Below are positions 16,551 to 20,089 of a DNA stretch of 20,089 nt, in pieces. The position numbers and the translations under genes were made by a program. The stretch covers positions 1-20,089 of the forward strand of contig JANMQY010000095.1 in assembly GCA_031370785.1 (NCBI GenBank), given 5' to 3'. Below the pieces are notes generated by a model. That model saw nothing but the letters and a program-made list of their open reading frames with translations, did not search any database and was not told where the DNA came from. How positions within the stretch are numbered: position 1 is the stretch's first letter; each line of letters begins with the position of its first letter. This stretch comes from Candidatus Eiseniibacteriota bacterium. GTDB taxonomy: Bacteria > Eisenbacteria > RBG-16-71-46.

Positions 16551-17642
16551 ATGCGTTTCGACTACCAGAAGTGGCACGGCCCGCGTCCCGACGATCTCCA
16601 GTTCATCAAGCAGATGATGGAGATCTATCGCAACCTGCTGCTGCAGACCGGCGGGGACGTCGAGGAGGCGCTGCGCTGGATGGAGCATTTCGGCGAGCAG
16701 TACGGATTCTTCGGCGAGAAATTCGGCGTCGAAGATTTCAAGAAGCTGCTCGAGGAAACCGGCGAGGCGAAGCGCACCCCCGAAGGCTTCCAGGTGACGC
16801 CGAAGGGCGAGCGGCGCATCCGCCAGGATTCTCTCAACGAGATCTTCTCGACGCTGCAGGCCGGCGGCTCCGGGGACCATCGCACGCCGGTCGCGGGCAA
16901 GGGCGGCGAGCGGCTGAGCGAGACGCGGGCGTGGCAGTTCGGCGATAACCTGAGCGACCTCGACCCGCTCGGCTCGGTGAGCAACGCGGTGAAGAACCAC
17001 GGCATCGACGAGCTGACCATCGACGAGAACGATCTCGAGGTCTACGAGCAGGAGCACCTCTCCGCGTGCGCGACCGTGCTGATGGTGGACGTGAGCCACA
17101 GCATGATCCTGTACGGCGAGGACCGGATCACGCCGGCCAAGAAGATCGCGCTCGCGCTGACCCAGCTCATCCAGACGCGCTACCCGAAGGACACGCTCGA
17201 CGTGGTGCTGTTCGGCGACGACGCGGCGCAGGTGCCGCTGCGCGATCTTCTCAAGATCCAGGCGGGTCCGTACCACACGAACACCAAGGCCGGGTTGCAG
17301 CTCGCCCAGCGCATCCTCGGCACGCGCAAAGGCGTCAACAAGCAGATCTTCATGATCACCGACGGCAAGCCCTCGGCGATCCGCGAGTTCGGGCGGCTCT
17401 ACAAGAACCCGTTCGGGCTCGATCCCAAGATCGTGAACAAGACGCTGGAGGAGGCCGCGTACTGCCGGCGCAAGCGCATCACCATCACGACCTTCATGCT
17501 GGCCGCCGACCCGTCGCTGCTCGACTTCGTGAGGAAGCTCACCGAGCTGAACCACGGGCGCATTTACGAAGCCGATCCGAACAATCTCGGCGCCTACGTG
17601 TTCCGCGACTTCGTGAGAAATCGGCGGAAGCGGCTGCACTGA
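16551..17642 (+). CDS. VWA domain-containing protein (partner type of the chelatase-like AAA+ ATPase)
   Basis: MIDAS motif DVSHSM, then TNTKAGL and MITDG. It starts 5 nt after the secretin stop, with a GAAGG SD-like sequence inside the secretin 3' end. Confidence 0.92.
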   Translation: MRFDYQKWHGPRPDDLQFIKQMMEIYRNLLLQTGGDVEEALRWMEHFGEQYGFFGEKFGVEDFKKLLEETGEAKRTPEGFQVTPKGERRIRQDSLNEIFSTLQAGGSGDHRTPVAGKGGERLSETRAWQFGDNLSDLDPLGSVSNAVKNHGIDELTIDENDLEVYEQEHLSACATVLMVDVSHSMILYGEDRITPAKKIALALTQLIQTRYPKDTLDVVLFGDDAAQVPLRDLLKIQAGPYHTNTKAGLQLAQRILGTRKGVNKQIFMITDGKPSAIREFGRLYKNPFGLDPKIVNKTLEEAAYCRRKRITITTFMLAADPSLLDFVRKLTELNHGRIYEADPNNLGAYVFRDFVRNRRKRLH

Positions 17643-17859
17643 GGGGGAGCTGGGCGCCGCGGGCTCGGGCGCCGAGGGCCTGCGCGCCGAGGCCCGTCAC
17701 TTCTTCCGCTGCCCATTCTCGTTCGCCCCCCCGGTCGTCGGTGGCCGCGGCCTCGCGCTACCGATGAACTGTGGCTCCACTCTAGCGTCACTACCCCCGT
17801 TTCGCCCATCCGAGTTCAGGCGCTCGTTCCACGCCCCGGCGCGCCAGGCCCGCGCCTCC

Positions 17860-17888
17860 TTCCAAGAAGGGGCCCATAGCGCTAGCCT
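17860..17888 (+). promoter_or_regulatory. Candidate sigma70 promoter TTCCAA-N17-TAGCCT for pepT
   Basis: -35-like TTCCAA at 17860-17865, a 17-nt spacer and -10-like TAGCCT at 17883-17888, about 60 nt upstream of the pepT ATG. Confidence 0.4.
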
Positions 17889-17950
17889 GTGGCGCACCGA
17901 GAAACAGCTCACGCCGCCCATTTCCCAACCCGGGACTCTGGAGACCCCCA

Positions 17951-19207
17951 ATGCCCGACATCGCGACTCAAAAGACTTCCGTGCTCGAGCGCTTCCTGCG
18001 CTACGTCACGTACGACACCCGCTCCGATCCCGACTCGAACACCACTCCGAGTACGCCAAAGCAGCTCGTGCTGCTGGATCAGCTCGTGAAGGAGCTGCGC
18101 GAGCTCGGCCTCAGCGACGCCGCGCGCGACGAGCACGGCATCGTCATGGCGACGCTTCCCGCGAATACGAAGAAGGCGAAGGTCCCCGCCTTCGGCCTCG
18201 TCGCCCACGCCGACACCTCGCCCGAGATGAGCGGCACCAACGTCAAGCCGATCGTGCATCGCAACTGGGCGGGCGGCGACATCGTTCTGCCGGACGATCC
18301 GAGCGCCGTGCTGAAAGTGGCGGAGATCGAAGGCCTCGCAGACAAGAAGGGCGAAGACATCGTCACCGCTTCCGGCACCACGCTGCTCGGCGCCGACGAC
18401 AAGTCGGGCGTCGCCGTGATCATGGCGGCGATCGAACATCTGCTCCAGCATCCCGAGATCGCGCACGGCGCGATTCGCATCTCGTTCACGCCCGACGAAG
18501 AGATCGGGCGCGGCGTTCGCAACTTCGACGTCAAGCGCTTCGGCGCAGTCGGTGCCTACACGCTCGACGGCGAAGCCATTGGCAAGTTCGACATCGAGAC
18601 GTTTTCGGCCGATGCGATGACCGTGATCTTCCAGGGCTTCAACACCCATCCCGGTCTTGCCACCGGCAAGATGGTGAACGCGATCAAGGTCGCGGCCGAC
18701 TTCGTGAACCGGCTGCCCAAGCAGGGGCTCTCGCCCGAGACCACCTCCGGGCGCGAGGGCTTCGTTCATCCGATGGCGGTCGAGGCCTCGGTGGATCGGA
18801 CCGCGATCAAGTTCATCATCCGAGACTTCCGCACCGCGGGCCTCAAGGAGAAGGAGACGCTGCTCGAGAATCTGGCGCGCGAGACGCTCGCGGCGTGGCC
18901 GGGCGCAAGCGTCTCGTTCGAAGTGCACAAGTCGTACCGCAACATGCGCGAAGTGCTCGACAAGCATCCCGAAGTGGTCGAGAACGCGCGCGAAGCCATC
19001 CGCCGCGCCGGGCTCCAGCCGATCGAGACGCAGATCCGCGGCGGCACCGACGGCTCGATCCTGAGCGAGATGGGCCTGCCCACGCCGAACCTCTTCACCG
19101 GGCAGCACAACTTCCACTCGCGACTGGAATGGGTTTCGGCGCAGGACATGGAGAAGTCGGTCGAGGTCGTGGTTCATCTCGCGCGGGTCTGGGAGGAGCG
19201 GGCCTAG
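17951..19207 (+). CDS. pepT: Peptidase T (tripeptide aminopeptidase, M20B)
   Basis: ERFLRYVTYDTRSD N-terminus; metal ligands AHADTS, LGADDKSG, FTPDEEIG and YTLDG; HPG...KMVNA, IRGGTDG and HNFHSRLEWVS. Confidence 0.96.
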   Translation: MPDIATQKTSVLERFLRYVTYDTRSDPDSNTTPSTPKQLVLLDQLVKELRELGLSDAARDEHGIVMATLPANTKKAKVPAFGLVAHADTSPEMSGTNVKPIVHRNWAGGDIVLPDDPSAVLKVAEIEGLADKKGEDIVTASGTTLLGADDKSGVAVIMAAIEHLLQHPEIAHGAIRISFTPDEEIGRGVRNFDVKRFGAVGAYTLDGEAIGKFDIETFSADAMTVIFQGFNTHPGLATGKMVNAIKVAADFVNRLPKQGLSPETTSGREGFVHPMAVEASVDRTAIKFIIRDFRTAGLKEKETLLENLARETLAAWPGASVSFEVHKSYRNMREVLDKHPEVVENAREAIRRAGLQPIETQIRGGTDGSILSEMGLPTPNLFTGQHNFHSRLEWVSAQDMEKSVEVVVHLARVWEERA

Positions 19208-19228
19208 CGCCGCGCGGTCGCGGCGCTT
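19206..19228 (+). terminator. Perfect 9-bp hairpin after pepT (weak terminator or mRNA-stabilising stem)
   Basis: AGCGCCGCG-CGGT-CGCGGCGCT at 19206-19227. There is no real U-tract after it, so intrinsic termination is doubtful. Confidence 0.3.
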
Positions 19229-19240
19229 CGACCTCGCCTC

Positions 19241-19849
19241 ATGATTCTCGACCCCCGAACCGCCCCGGCGGCTGATGTGTATCGGTTCATGATCTCCGTG
19301 ATCGTGCCGCGCCCGATCGCGTTCGTCTCGACGGTCGGCACCAACGGCCGCTTCAACGTGTCGCCGTTCTCGTACTTCAACGCGATCTCGAGCGAGCCGC
19401 CGCTGGTCGGCATCGCCATCAGCCGGCGCGAAGGCGAGCCCAAGGACACGCTGCGCAACATTCGCGCGATCGGCGATTTCGTGGTGAACGTCGTGGACGA
19501 ACCGCTCACCGAGCGCATGGTCCGCACCTCGGGCGAATGGCCAGCCGACGTGGACGAGTTTGGGATCACCGGGCTCACGCCTCAGCCCTCGGATCTGGTC
19601 AAGGCGCCGCGCGTCGCCGAATCGCCGGTCAGCCTCGAGTGCCGCCTGTTCCGCGAGATCGAGCTGGGCAACAGCGTGTTCGTGGTGGGCGAGGTGGTGC
19701 GCGGCCACGTGCGCGACGACGTGCTCACCGACGGCCGCGTGGATCCCGCCAAGCTCCGCCCGGTCGGCCGCCTGGGAGGCGACGCGTACGCGCCGCTGCG
19801 CGAGGTGGTGCGCATCGCGCGCCCCAAGGTGCCGCAGTCCGGTGCCTGA
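19241..19849 (+). CDS. Flavin reductase-like FMN-binding protein (DIM6/NTAB family)
   Basis: IVPRPIAFVST, NVSPFSYFN, KDTLRNI...FVVNVV, PRVAESPVSLECR and RLGG motifs. Confidence 0.92.
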   Translation: MILDPRTAPAADVYRFMISVIVPRPIAFVSTVGTNGRFNVSPFSYFNAISSEPPLVGIAISRREGEPKDTLRNIRAIGDFVVNVVDEPLTERMVRTSGEWPADVDEFGITGLTPQPSDLVKAPRVAESPVSLECRLFREIELGNSVFVVGEVVRGHVRDDVLTDGRVDPAKLRPVGRLGGDAYAPLREVVRIARPKVPQSGA

Positions 19850-20089
19850 GCCGCAAGCGCGCATCCCCGTGCGCGCCGAGGATGTGTGGACATTCACCGA
19901 GCGCAACGTGTCGCTCTGGGACATCCTCGAGTTCTTTCCATCGGACAGCGTCGGCCCGCGCGGGCCAAAGGATGCGCCGCGGCCTTACGAGGTGAAGCCA
20001 ATCACGATCGAGACCGATCTCGGCTTCTCGTTCGAGACGGACATCCAGTACGGCACCTGGATGTTCCGCCCGCGCTCCCCGAAGCAGCC
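19842..20089 (+). CDS. Hypothetical protein, partial (continues past the window end)
   Basis: Not in the ORF track (no stop in the window). GTG 19842 overlaps the upstream stop by 8 nt and reads MPEPQARIPVRAEDVWTFTERNVSLWDILEFFPSDSVGPRGPKDAPRPYEVKPITIETDLGFSFETDIQYGTWMFRPRSPKQ with GC-rich third positions. Confidence 0.65.
   Translation, partial: MPEPQARIPVRAEDVWTFTERNVSLWDILEFFPSDSVGPRGPKDAPRPYEVKPITIETDLGFSFETDIQYGTWMFRPRSPKQ

Noticed and set aside
13837..17642. Filamentous prophage (pI ATPase plus pIV secretin)
   Set aside because: The ATPase is AAA+ chelatase-like rather than Zot/pI-like, and there are no small coat genes, replication initiator or attachment site.
17697..17810. tmRNA or c-di-GMP-I riboswitch on the minus strand (GGGGGCGAAC, ANEN-like peptide, GGGCGAAAC...GACGC)
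   Set aside because: There is no TTCGA tRNA-like arm, the peptide ends KK rather than AA, and no GNRA-capped P2 stem lies between the riboswitch-like words.
17909..19924. 671-aa minus-strand ORF, and similar long antisense ORFs (1821..3479, 5217..6677, 7453..9069, 12545..13681, 13762..15249, 16482..17639)
   Set aside because: These are expected stop-poor shadow frames in high-GC DNA opposite well-supported genes, with no family motifs.
1..20089. CRISPR array, tRNA/rRNA, IS element or integrase
   Set aside because: I saw no regularly spaced direct repeats, cloverleaf structures, terminal inverted repeats or transposase/recombinase motifs.

Overview
High-GC bacterial chromosomal window (probably a diderm, since it encodes a secretin) with no rRNA, tRNA, CRISPR array or mobile element that I can support. 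From left to right: (i) a minus-strand two-dinucleotide-binding flavoprotein oxidoreductase that runs off the left edge and is missing from the ORF track; (ii) a divergent ECF sigma factor coupled to an 835-aa zinc-binding anti-sigma-like membrane protein with a ~430-aa charged helical rod and a C-terminal carboxypeptidase-regulatory-like domain; (iii) a complete F5-like chemosensory operon cheA-cheW-mcp-cheY-cheB-cheR-cheX, preceded by a sigma28-like promoter and a structured leader, whose CheA has an MshEN-like (c-di-GMP receptor) motif where P2 would be and in which four of seven proteins end in -AA; (iv) a convergent EEP-family hydrolase; (v) a Mg-chelatase/MoxR-like AAA+ ATPase and its VWA partner, separated by a stand-alone minimal secretin; (vi) pepT, a flavin-reductase-like gene and a partial hypothetical gene at the right edge. 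The best candidates for new biology are the long-rod sigma/anti-sigma pair, the MshEN-CheA with putative coordinated ClpXP degrons, and the AAA+/secretin/VWA trio. All family calls come from motif recognition by eye; no database searches were run.
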